Below are positions 38,075 to 50,244 of a DNA stretch of 64,000 bases, in pieces. This stretch comes from Octopus sinensis. Its lineage: Eukaryota. Each line of letters begins with the position of its first letter. Position 1 is the first letter of the stretch. A model generated the notes under the pieces. It was not told the origin of the DNA. It worked only from the letters and a program-made list of their open reading frames with translations, and did not search any database. The DNA lies in contig NC_043005.1 of NCBI RefSeq assembly GCF_006345805.1, positions 43,462,001 to 43,526,000 on the forward strand, read 5' to 3'. The position numbers and the translations under genes were made by a program.

Positions 38075-38201
38075 CAGGAAGGTTTACGAAAATAAACAAA
38101 AGACGAAGGCAGGTTTACGAAAATGAACAAAAGACGAAAGCAGGTGGAGTACAAACAAACAATTGTATTAGTATGGTGCTCAGGAATAGAAATAAAACAA
38201 G

Positions 38202-38239
38202 TCTTTTACATTTCGAGCCTACGCTCTTCGACAGAAAGA
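38202..38239 (-). ncRNA. Hammerhead-like fold with CUGUCGA core, in repeat 38070-38290 (same family as 32500)
   Basis: Minus strand TCTTT-CTGTCGA-A-GAGC-GTAG-GCTC-GAAATGTA-AAAGA. Confidence 0.45.
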
Positions 38240-38304
38240 TACACAGAAAAGAAACAAGGAGAGGAGAAAATTGCCTGTAGGAGCTAACGATCCAACATGA
38301 CACA

Positions 38305-38560
38305 CACATAGGTGCATGGTTTAATGGTTAGGCTGTTGCACTAACGACTGCTAGATGATAGGTTCACTTCCCTGACTGGGCAGCATCTTGTGTTCTTGCG
38401 CAAAACGCTTGATTTCATGTTACCTTTTCGATTAGGGGAGAATGTTGGTCTACTCACCTATCCAGTGGGGTGGTGTCATTTGAAGGCTAAAACAATGCAA
38501 AAGTGAATTGTGACCAGTGATATGTAACAACATTTGATAGTCTGGTCAGTCACATGTTCA
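38305..38560 (+). mobile_element. tRNA-derived SINE sharing its 3' module with the 54910 element
   Basis: GTCATTTGAAGGCTAAAACAATG..TGTGACCAG..ACAT(T/C)TGATAG(T/C)CTGGTC shared; different head. Confidence 0.65.
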
Positions 38561-38849
38561 TGTGATATATATATATATATATATATATCATTGTATTCCG
38601 TCGGTTACGACGACGAGGGTTCCAGCTGATCCCATCAATGGAACAGCTTGCTCATGAAATTAATGTGTAAGTGGTTGAGCACGCCACAAACATGTGTACC
38701 CTTAATGTAGTTCTCGGGGAGATTCAGCGTGACAAAGTGTTGATTTTGGTAGAATTTGAACTCAGAAGGTAAAGCCAGTCAAAATGCTGCTTAGCACTTC
38801 CTCTGGCATGCTAATAATTCTACCAGCTTAACAACAACAACAACGATCA

Positions 38850-39068
38850 TAATCCTTTCTACTATAGGCACAAGGCCTTAAATTTGTGGGGAAGGGATTA
38901 GTCGATTACATTGGCCCCAGTGTTTCACTGGTACTTAATTTATCAACCCTGTAAAGGATAGAAGGCAAAGTCATCCTTAGTGGAATTTGAACTCAGGACG
39001 TGTGAAGACAGAAAAAATGCGACCAAGCATTTCACCCAGTGTGCTAACGATCCTGCCAGCTCACCGCC

Positions 39069-39070
<2 letters not shown>
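38850..39070 (-). mobile_element. SINE family B
   Basis: Family B core on minus. Confidence 0.8.
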
Positions 39071-39111
<41 letters not shown>

Positions 39112-39119
39112 TAACATTG

Positions 39120-39675
39120 ATGCCCTGATGCAGTACCAGGCAGTGGCTCTCATGGCTTCTGGTCTTAACTGATTGGAAGTGTTATCATGTACATTGTTTT
39201 GTCTTGGTATAAAAGATGGGCTACAGCAAATATTCTACTCAATACCACAGATTTGCTTGTCAGTTGTTTAACCATAACCAGTTGAGCATGTCCCTTGGTT
39301 GATGATGAGATGTGCATCTCTGCTCACATGCAGAAGTTGTGGGGAGCATTATAGCCATGTGTTAAGAGGGATTCTTTGGGGTTTTAATAATTCACCCTTG
39401 GAAACATGGTGCTCTGTTCATCATGCTTAAACAAACCTTACTCAGGGAACTTTTGAGCCAGATGGGTTACTCAACCTGAAGAAAATTCTAACTGGGCCCC
39501 ACTTACAAGGTCATGAGCAGTTTATCTTGACATAAGATCATGTCACACACATGTAGTTGCGATGGATGTGCCTGATGTACCTTTATCAGATGGGTAGTTA
39601 TGATGGGTATCCTGGGCTTTATATAATTATACCCTAGTGTCACTTTGTTGGCATGCACTGCTCTCTTACTCAATC
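39120..39675. mobile_element. Unclassified interspersed element bounded by (AAT)n tracts
   Basis: Non-microsatellite ~550-bp block between (AAT)n at 39070-39110 and 39677-39731; no ORF recognised. Confidence 0.4.
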
Positions 39676-39730
<55 letters not shown>

Positions 39731-39732
<2 letters not shown>

Positions 39733-40750
39733 GTAAAGTACTAGAAAGTAAGGAGTATAAGGTGTTGTAACATTCAGATTGACGGAATAACAGAAGCCAG
39801 AAGGCTTGATTTAGTTGTAGTAGTTGTAGACAAAGAGAATAAAAAGGGCTGCTTTCTATTCAAGGCGGCAAGCTGGCAGCAACGTTAGCACGCCGGGCGA
39901 AATGCTTAGCGGTATTTCGTCTGCTGCTACGTTCTGAGTTCAAATTCCGCTGAGGTCAACTTTGCCTTTCATCCTTTTGGGGTCGAATAAATAAGTACCA
40001 GTTACACACTGGGGTTGATATAATCGACTTAATCCATTTGTCTGTCCTTGTTTGTCTCTTCTGTGTTTAGCCCCTTGTGGGTAGTAAAGAAATAGGTATT
40101 TCGTTTGCTGCTATGTTCTGAGTTAGAATTCTGCCGAGGTCAATTAAATATGTACGAGTTATGCACTGGGGTCGATATGATCGACTTAATCCGTTTGTCT
40201 GTCCTTGTTTGTCCCTTCTGTGTTTAACCCCTTGTGGGTAGTAAAGAAATAAGTATTTTGTCTACCGCTATATTCTGAGTTAAAATTCCGCCAGGGTCAA
40301 TTAAATATGTACCAGTTACGCACTGGGGTCGATATAATCGACTTAATCCATTTGTCTGTCCTTGTTTGTCCCCTCTGTGTGTAGCCCCTTGTGGGCAATA
40401 AAGAAATGAGAATAGAAAGTGCCAGGTAATTGATGTTATGGTCCTAATTGGTGAGAAAGTCAATTTAAGAGGTATAGAGAAAATAGCAAGGTACCGAGAA
40501 CTAGCCATTGGGTTACAGAGACTATAGAAAGAGCAAGTAAAATGTATCCCTGTAGTTATAGGTGAATTAGGAACTATCCCTAAAGATTTGAACAGATGGA
40601 TAGAGGAATCAGGTATAAAATCTAGTTTAGTACAGCTCCAGGAAACAGTGTTATTAGGGGCAGCTATGATACTTAGGAGGGTTACTGGCATCAAAAGTTA
40701 CTTGGTGGCCGCTGTTAGGAACTTTTCTTTTCTGACAGTTTAATCTGTTG
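39731..40750 (+). mobile_element. 5'-truncated R4/Dong-like (RLE) non-LTR element, split by a SINE array
   Basis: EARRLDLVVV..DKENKK | RKCQVIDV..EKIARYRELA..IPVVIGELGTIPK..LQETVLLGAAMILRRV = PD..D, K..Y and Q...G...LR motifs; flanked by (AAT)n/(AAC)n. Confidence 0.85.
39864..40407 (+). mobile_element. SINE family B plus two tandem ~157-bp core-deleted copies
   Basis: Units start at 40096 and 40253; both lack the CTTTCATCC..GGGGTCG core. Confidence 0.85.
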
Positions 40751-40807
40751 TGCATATACGAAATAACAACAACAACAACGATAATAATGATAATGATGAT
40801 GATGATG

Positions 40808-40853
<46 letters not shown>

Positions 40854-40867
40854 TAATAATAATAATA

Positions 40868-40900
<33 letters not shown>

Positions 40901-41365
40901 ATAACAATCATCATCATCATCATCATCATTTAATGTCTGTTGTCCATGCAGGCATGGATCAGATGGTTTGACAGGGCTGGCAAGCTGGAAAGCTGCACCA
41001 GACTCCAGTCTGATTCGTCATGGTTTCTATGGCAAATAATGATAATAATAACGATAATGGTGATGACAGTGATGATAATGATGATGATGATGATAGTTTC
41101 TAATATAGGCACAAGGCCTGAAATTTGGGAAAGAGGTTAGTCAATTACATTGAGTTGACTTTGGCAGAAATTGAACTTAGAACATAAAGAACTAAAAAGA
41201 AATGCCACTAAGTACTCTGTCTGATGTGCTAATGTGTTTTCCAGCTCGCTACTTTAATAATAATAATAATAATAGTTGACAAGAACAGATAGCATAGTAC
41301 TGTAGGTATCAAACTCACTATGCATGCAAAACTGCAGGAGTTTCAACAGAACCTGTGATAAAAAG

Positions 41366-41418
<53 letters not shown>

Positions 41419-42189
41419 GGAACTCAACGCATAAGAAAAAGCAATGTAATTGTAGAATACTCAATAATTGCCATTTGAGTAGTCATTGTCTGCAATACAA
41501 TATAGTTTATAAGTGTACTTATATACTTAAGTCCAAACTTTGACTGAAATATACATAGGGTCTCCTACTGATTTTAAGGGATGCTACTTGGCACATGTTT
41601 GTTCATTCTGTAGTATTAAGTACTAGACTTCTATTTCGTTGGCCAAATATATCAATCATCCCAAAGTTAAAAGTATTTCCTACATCTTCTGGTGTGTAAT
41701 TAAGATTGGAAGACATTGCATGCAATTTCTGCCATTTCTGCAGTTGGGAATGCCTTTAGGTATATGAGAATAAGGATTTTCTCGTTAAATAGTTTGGTGT
41801 AATAACATTCTGTAAACATAGCTTTCATTAAACATTTTCCTTTTATCAAAGATTGACATACCTCAATCAACATAGACAACTTTATAGTTGTGTTTGTTTG
41901 CGTACGTGTGTGTGTGTGTGCGTGCGTGCATGTGTGTATGCACCCTTGTTTAGGTATCATGGGAGGGTGGTAAATGAGCATCATCTTTGAACAAGCATGG
42001 TTCCTACTTCCAGTCTTCCATGATAAACATGTCTAGCTATGGGAAAATACTGCTTTGCCCGAAAACAGGCGAGGGTTGTCAACAGAAAGGGCATCTGACA
42101 GTAGAGAACCTGCCATTAATGGATTTAGCACTCAGGTAATGTGCTTAGTCCTCAGCCTTCTCCTATTTATTATAATCATAGAGTCAAAA

Positions 42190-42720
42190 CAGAGGAGTTT
42201 AAGACTAGCTATACATGGGAACTCTTGTATGCTGATAACCTTGTTCTTAAAAGAAAACCTGTTGAAGAACTGAAGAAGTAATTCTAAATATGGAATCAAA
42301 ACCTGAAAGTGAAGAACCTTAAAGCAAACTTTGCCAAGTCTAAAGTTATACAAAGCAAGAAAGAAGACAGAACTGTGCTGCTATCAGGTAATGAGCTGTG
42401 TTTGATATGCAGAAAAGGGCTGAGCAGAAACTCCAAGTCTAAACTGCCCTAGGCTAAACAATGGGATGCCTGAAACATGCAGTAGAATCACAGGTGAGCA
42501 AACAGTGAAAGTAAAATTTATATATGGTCGGTGCAGAAGAGAATTAAGTTCAAAGTAGCTAGAAAATAGTATCTTTCAACTCCTCAGAAAACTCCCTTGT
42601 TAGTAGTCAATAGTTTCTGTCACCTATCTGACCACATTAGCAGGTGGACAGGTGCTCTGATAGCATAGCCAGAGTAGGAACCAGTTGATCTCATGGTAAG
42701 ATATGAACTCTAGATACAAT
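42190..42720 (+). mobile_element. RTE-clade LINE RT fragment (decayed)
   Basis: ELLYADNLVL..VEELKK..WNQNL..K.LK.N..KSKVI; C..CRKG..RNS; VVNSFCHL.D. Confidence 0.75.
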
Positions 42721-43613
42721 TCTGCAAAACTCTTATCAATCTTCTAACTCGCTCTATGATTTATTATTGCTTGTTTACACTTTTTCGATATCAGTGTCTT
42801 TACAATACTGGAAAAAGTATATGTATTTGTGAAGGGAACCTACTTTTCATCGACAACTGTGATTGTCACATGCCGATGACGGGTCAATACTCAGAAACTC
42901 GAGTCCGTGTGTATCATAAGTTGGAGATGGGAAGGATGGCTTCCCTTTGCAAATACTGATAGGGCACAGAAAGTGTGTGTATAGCCAGCTGGAGGAGGTG
43001 TCCTCCTGGGGCTACAAACTACAGTAGCATCCACCCTTAGGGGTTAGCCATATTTAAATGGCAAAAATACGTCACGATGTGTTGCAGCTACTGTTTATAA
43101 CTCACTCTATGATTTATTATTTCTTATCAATTATATTCTAGAAAGTCTGTATTCTAAACAATGATGAAGAATAGCTTTCCCAAAGTCGAGTTGATGGGGC
43201 AGACTGGACTGGTAAGAGTTAACTAGGAACACCAAGCAGTTCATAAGAGAGGTTATGAACTGTCAAGCTCTGAACTGGAAGGCTAACGTCTGTTGCTGCA
43301 GCTGCAAGTGTGTGTGAGTTTGCACACATACACAAACCTGCACATACACTCACACAAACACACACATATAAATACGTGTATAAAAGCGTGTATGTGAGCA
43401 TGTGTGAGTGTGTGTGCATGTAAGTTTTATGTGGTATGTAGGCGCATAAATATAAACACATATATGTTTATGTATACATGTTTATATAACTTATACACAT
43501 ATAATTAATGTGTACATATTGATCTGTATGCATGTATTCATACACATACACGCATGTACATATACATAAAGAAGCACATATATGTATATATATGTATGTG
43601 TGTGTATGTATAT

Positions 43614-43661
<48 letters not shown>

Positions 43662-43701
43662 TATATAGAGAGAGAGACACACACAGACACACACAAACAC
43701 A

Positions 43702-43744
<43 letters not shown>

Positions 43745-43748
43745 TTAC

Positions 43749-43780
<32 letters not shown>

Positions 43781-44122
43781 CTATATATATATATATATAT
43801 AATATATATATATATATTATATTATATTATATTATATATATAATATATATATATATATATAGATATATATGCATGTATATACATACAGTATATACATATA
43901 TCAATTTTTCTTCCACTTGAAAGCAAATTATTCATTGATTTGTCTGATCCTTTGTTCTGTATAAACAAGCTCTGTTTAAACAGAATAATAGTTTGGCATA
44001 TGGACTACTACATTCACAACTACAGTTGCTGTCTGTGTTGGAACCTTCTCCTTCAGAAATATTCCATTCCATCTGGTAGACAATACTTTCACTTATCATA
44101 TGGATGTGTGTGTGTGTGAGCC

Positions 44123-44166
<44 letters not shown>

Positions 44167-44552
44167 CACACACATATATATATACATACACACATATATA
44201 TATATAATATATATACATGAATATATGTGTATATATATGTGTGTGTGTGTGTGTGTGTGCACATGCGCATATGCAGGCTTCTGTATTAGATTAGAAGTAT
44301 ATATAGTCAGAAGGATGTGTGTGTGTGTGTGTGTGTTTGTGTGTGTGTGTGGTGTGTGCATGTGTGCATGTGTGCGTGCGTTTAGTTATGTACTTGTGTA
44401 GCTCACTGCAAGTGTGTTTACACGCATATCCATATACATGTGTGTTTGTGTGTGTATATGTGTATATATATATGTATATAATATATGTGTGTTTGTATGT
44501 ATGTATATATGTATACACACACATTTATATATATGTACATGTGTTTTGTGTA

Positions 44553-44590
<38 letters not shown>

Positions 44591-45253
44591 TTTGTGTGTG
44601 TATATACATTGCGTGCATGTATTCTTTAGTCTGTTACCTAAATGCCTCTTGAAATATTTTTTTGTTTTTGTTTTTTCATCCTTTTCCCTCTGAATATTAT
44701 TTCAGTGATCCACATGTATCTAAACACTGAAATCAATACAAGTAGAAGCAAGACAATGTGTGGAACCATATTTTCTTTGTGATGTATCAAATTCTCCACA
44801 TAAAGGCAAACTTTTCTTTCCTCTTCTTTTAAACATTACAGACATAATCCTGTTAGTAAAATAATAGCTATATTCGACAGATACCTCTTTTTTTATTTGT
44901 GTTTGTTTTTGTTCTTTTTATTTGTGGAGATGGAAAAAGGATACGCTTATGGTACCATTTTTGATTTTTGCTCTTTTTTTTGTTTATTGTGTTTTTTTTT
45001 TTTGGTTTTTCTTTCAGTTTTTGAGTTATTGTGAAGCAATTTTATCTGTATTGAAATTAAAAGGAACCTTGCTTATCACAGAACATAGACTAAAGTAATA
45101 AGGATTCCCAAAGAAAATATTATTTTGTTTATAATTCAAGATTACAGAATTTTGAAAAGAACATTTTTCGGGATAAATTCACATTCTCTCTTCTCCCTCC
45201 CCACCACTGCCAACACTGTCGCTTCGTACACACACACTCTCTCTCTCTCACTC

Positions 45254-45291
<38 letters not shown>

Positions 45292-45423
45292 TCCCTTCAA
45301 GATTTCAGAATATTATTATGCTGTATGATAAACCTTAAACATCACACATACACATATACACACAAATCATATCATTCATATCACATACATATATGTATTT
45401 ATTATACACTCTCCCAAACACAC

Positions 45424-45459
<36 letters not shown>

Positions 45460-45462
<3 letters not shown>

Positions 45463-45725
45463 CCATGTAAATGCCACCCATACAACTTGATCATGGTTGT
45501 TGGCAGTGCCATCTAAATGGCACCTGTGAGACATAGTTGTTGCCTGTGCCATGTAAATGACACCCATTACATTCCTGGAATGATAGGCATTAAGAAGGGA
45601 ATCCAGCTGTAGACACCATGCCAAATCAGACTGGAAGCTAGTGTAGATCTCCAGCTCATCAGCTTCGGTCAAAGTGTCTAACCTATGCCAGCATGGGGAT
45701 CGGACATTAAATGATGATAAATGAT
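45460..45725 (+). mobile_element. Repeat family C
   Basis: AAGGGAATCCAGCTGTAGAC core and (GAT)n end. Confidence 0.7.
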
Positions 45726-45789
45726 ACCTATACATAAGTCCGTTATGTATGTGTATATATAATATGTGTGTGTGTATCTATATATATAT

Positions 45790-46180
45790 ACTCTTTTACT
45801 TGTTTCAGTCATTTGACTGCGGCCATGCTGGAGCACCACCTTTAGTTGAGCAAATCGACCCCGGGACTTATTCTTTGTAAGCCCAGTACTTATTCTATCG
45901 GTCTCTTTTGCTGAACCACTAAGTGACGGGGACATAAACACAACAGCATCGGTTGTCAAGCAATGCTAGGGGACAAACATATACACACACATACTGAAAG
46001 AAGCCTGTCACACATGTGACAGGCTTCTTTCAGTTTCTATCTGCCAAATCCACTCACAAGGCAATGATCAGCCTGAGGTTATAGCAAAAGACACTTGCCC
46101 AAGATGCCACGCAGTGGGACTGAATCCGGAACCATGTGGTTTGTAAGCAAGCTACTTACCACACAGCCACTCCTGCACCT
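45790..46180 (-). mobile_element. SINE family A containing a perfect internal palindrome
   Basis: Full-length element on minus; palindrome at 45993-46034. Confidence 0.85.
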
Positions 46181-46431
46181 ATATATATTTATAAAAAAGA
46201 AGTTTGAAAACGCCATTATATAAGATAAATTTTAATTTTCTTAGAAATTTTACATGTTTCGGTTCTTCTTGAAAAAACGAACCTTATCAAAAATATTTAG
46301 AAAAGTTAAGTGTAATAAAAAAGTTCATAATTGTTTCTTACTGGTCTCAACAGAATCCACGTGGTGGTTTTTGTGGGGAGTAAGCATAATAGCTGTTTTA
46401 TAAGTTCGAATAAAACTAAAGAATATATATA

Positions 46432-46466
<35 letters not shown>

Positions 46467-46469
46467 CAA

Positions 46470-46765
46470 GCACCATTCGAGCATGGCAGTTACTAGCATT
46501 GCCTGACTGGCGTCCGTGTCGGTGTCACGTAAGAGCACCAACCTTCATAGCCGTTTGCCAGCCTGCTCTGGCTCCTGTGCCGGTGGCACATAAAAAACAG
46601 CCACTACACTCACAGAGTGGTTGGTGTTAGGAAGGGCATCCAGCTGTAGAAACACTGCCAAATCAGACTAGAGCCTGGTGCAGCCTCCATGGCTTACCAG
46701 ACCCCGGCCGAACCATCCAACCCATGCTAGCATGGAAAACAGACGTTAAATGATGATGATGATGA
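46470..46765 (+). mobile_element. Repeat family C
   Basis: GTTAGGAAGGGCATCCAGCTGTAGAAAC core, (GAT)n tail. Confidence 0.8.
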
Positions 46766-46782
46766 TACACACACACACACAC

Positions 46783-46836
<54 letters not shown>

Positions 46837-46879
46837 ATAAATATATGAAGTTTAACACAGGTGTAATTCAAATACTTTT

Positions 46880-46968
46880 ACTTCCAACACATGTTTCGAA
46901 GATATCACTGATATTATTCCAAAGGAATAGAATGGTGTAAAACAATGTAATCTTCTCTTCAGGGAAGT
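46880..46968 (-). ncRNA. Type I hammerhead ribozyme with intact canonical core
   Basis: Minus strand ACTTCC-CTGAAGA-GAAGAT-[46 nt]-ATCTTC-GAAAC-ATGT-GTT^GGAAGT: perfect 6-bp stem I, perfect 6-bp stem II with G10.1-C11.1, GUU cleavage triplet, quasi-palindromic stem III. Confidence 0.75.
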
Positions 46969-47611
46969 GAAGAAATGAAACTCGTCAATAAGACATTTTA
47001 ACAGAAAATGATGGATATGTATAGTGATTAACTGAACGCTATTAACATAGTTTGAAAAAAACGTTATATGATATAACGTCAGAGGTAGCCTATAGAAAGA
47101 GGAGGGATAAATTAAAGAAAAGCTAAATAAATGAGGAGTATATGACTATATGTATATTAAATAAAACCGTATATACTAGGAAAAAATATATTTTTAGTGA
47201 ATGTGGAATATAAAAAGAAAATTAATGTTTAAATTATATATAATGATAGAGATCACTAGCATGAACTAAAGGCATGTTTTTGTCAATGTTTACATTGGTA
47301 TGCACGCTCTATAACCATGTTTACTAGGGGATTTTTATTTATTTATATATTACACAAAAAATTCCCGTAAACCCGATTTTTTTACATTTAAAAATAAGGA
47401 GTTACAACCTTTTTACATGTGTGATTTTTTTGCTACCCTGGTTACTATTTATCTATTTTTTTCCGCGTTAATTGTTAACAAGGGAAAAATACACACATCT
47501 ATTTATATATATATATACATACACACGCACACATACACACACACATACATATATATATACATACATACATATATATATATATACACACACACACACATAT
47601 ATACATATATA

Positions 47612-47667
<56 letters not shown>

Positions 47668-48295
47668 AACAAGGTTTGAACATGCAATTTTTAAAGATGT
47701 TTATTCACTTGACCGGTTTCACTTTTTTAGAAAAAGATTTTCAAAAGTAAAATGTGAAAGCTTTGTAAAAGCTTTGTTAAGTATTGGTTGTCACAAAATA
47801 TTACAATACATATATACATTCTTTGATAATAATAATAAAATGTTAAAAACAGTTTACAAGGGAAAATCTTGAGAAAATATTAAAATGTTTATTAAAAAAT
47901 ATTAGGATTTCATTAAAAATCATGTTTGTTTGGAAATATCTATATATATATACACAGGAAATTATAAGTTCAAAAAGCCATATTTGGTGGTATATATATA
48001 TTCACAGAAGGAGATATATTTAGGAGTTTACAAAGAATTTGAGATGAACTGACCTGTTTTACCATTTTTCATTTTCTGTGAAGCTAAATAAAGGCTGATT
48101 ACTATTTTAAGGGACAGTGTGGGAGGTTGGTTTGGGTGGGGGGAAGGAAGAGCGATGTGGAATTGAAAGGATTCTTTTGTTTCTCTTTCAAGGTTGGTCT
48201 TTCATGGTTCAGTGGTTTGGGGGACTGGTGTTAGAGGTCAGAATAGTGTGAGTGTGTGTGTGTGTGTGCATATGCGTTTGTGTACAAACACACAC

Positions 48296-48326
<31 letters not shown>

Positions 48327-48559
48327 GGCACATACAAACTCATATATATACACACACACAGACACACACACTCACACCATTCTGACCTCAACGTTTTTTG
48401 ATGTCCTGTACCCATATATGCATGTATATATACATATATATGTAGGTATGTACATATATGTATGTATATATGCATATATTTATATATTTTTATATTATTA
48501 TATGATCAAATGCCATGCATCCTTTTCAAGTAAGTTTTATCTATCTATCTATCTATCTT

Positions 48560-48784
48560 TATCATCATCATCATCATCGTTTAGCGTCTGCTTTCCATGC
48601 TGGCATGGGTTGGACGGTTCAACTGGGGTCTGGGAAGCCAGAAGGCTGCACCAGACCCAGTCTGATCTGGCAATATTTCTACGGCTAGATGCCCTTCCTA
48701 ACGCCAACCACTCCATGAGTGTAGTGGGTGCTTTTTACATGCCACCAGCACAGGTGCCAGACGAGGCTGGCAAGTGGTCACGAT

Positions 48785-48790
<6 letters not shown>
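48560..48790 (-). mobile_element. Repeat family C
   Basis: Core and (CAT)n on plus. Confidence 0.8.
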
Positions 48791-48821
<31 letters not shown>

Positions 48822-48839
48822 TACATATATATATACATA

Positions 48840-50097
48840 CAGGGTGTGTAAATTATTTGAGGACCTTTTTTTGGTCATTGCAGCTTCTTTGCTAACTCTG
48901 TATAATCTTTGTTTCAGAAAATAATAATGCCAAACCCTCAGCTTACTCAAGAAAATAAGAGGCATGCAGTTATTATGGTTATAAAGGCTGAGCATAGTGA
49001 TTTAGAAATATCTCGATTTTTAAAATTTGCCATATCTTTCCTCTACAAAGTTTATAAGAAGCTAAAGACTGAAGATGGAAATGTATCACCAACATCAAAA
49101 CATAAAAAGCATTCTAAACTCTCTGAAATCATCAGAACACCTGAATTTATCCAACAAGTTCAACAGACCATTGATTCCAATCCCAGAAAGTCCATGAGGT
49201 CAAATGCAAAAGTTCTCATGTGTCAGAAGGAACGGTCAGAAATGTTTTCCATGAAGACATCAGATATAAGTCTTATATGATGAGGAAATGTCAATTTGTC
49301 AGAAAAAGCAAAAGAAAATCGCTATATCAGATCTAAAAGGCTCTTAAACAAACTGAAAAATCCACCAGAAGAAGATTTGATTTCGTTTTTCTCAAATGAG
49401 AAAAACTTCGACCAAGATCAAAAATTAATTGAAAAAATGATAGATGGTTATGTGCAGACACTTCTGAAGTTCCAAATGTTAAGCATGCAAAATATCCTGC
49501 AACTGTCATGGTTTTAGGTGTTGTCAGCAATGAAGGACATGTGATGCCTCCTTACATTTTTCTACAAGGCCTTAGTGTTAGCTCTGCCACCTACATTGAG
49601 GCCCTGGAAATCATTGTTAAGCCCTGGATATACAGTGTGTGCAACGGAAGGCCATGGGTGTTTCAGTAAGACCCTGGACTATCACACATGGCTCTAGTAA
49701 CACAGGAATGATTGGCTGAAAATTTTGATGATCACATAACCCCTAACACTTGGCCTCCTTATTCCCCAGTCTCAATCCATTGGACTATTACATGTGGAGG
49801 TTGTTGAGAGAGAGGTCAATGAACATGCCCATAGCACCAAAGATTCTTTGAAAGCTGCCATAGTCAGAGTAATGTCCAAAATGAACCAGGACCACTTGAT
49901 TCGAGCATATAGCTGATTTAGATCTCATATAGAAGCAGTTTCTGACGTTGAAGGTTTGATTTATTGAATAAAATTATAGAAAAGAAGGTTTATTTTTATC
50001 CTCATAGCATTGTTTGATAAATAAAGTTATTATGTATTATCATATATCTGTTTTTTTATAAACATAAATCTGTTTTCAAATATCTTAAACATCCTTT
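48840..50097 (+). mobile_element. maT-like (DD37D) Tc1/mariner transposon, near full length, pseudogenised
   Basis: TA|CAGGGTGTGTAAATTATTTGA and a degenerate right TIR; MPNPQLTQ..HTH, FFSNEKNF, VMVLGVVSNEGHVMPP, WVFQ*D..WPPYSP.LNPLD; 37 residues between the 2nd and 3rd Asp after repairing frameshifts. Confidence 0.9.
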
Positions 50098-50244
50098 ATA
50101 TATATATATATATATATACACACACATGTATATATCATGCTGCAATTGTTATATATATATATATATATCAGCTTGCATACATGCGTGTTTATAAATACAC
50201 CACATACATAAAATGCATAGACACACACCAAGATAATAGTAATA

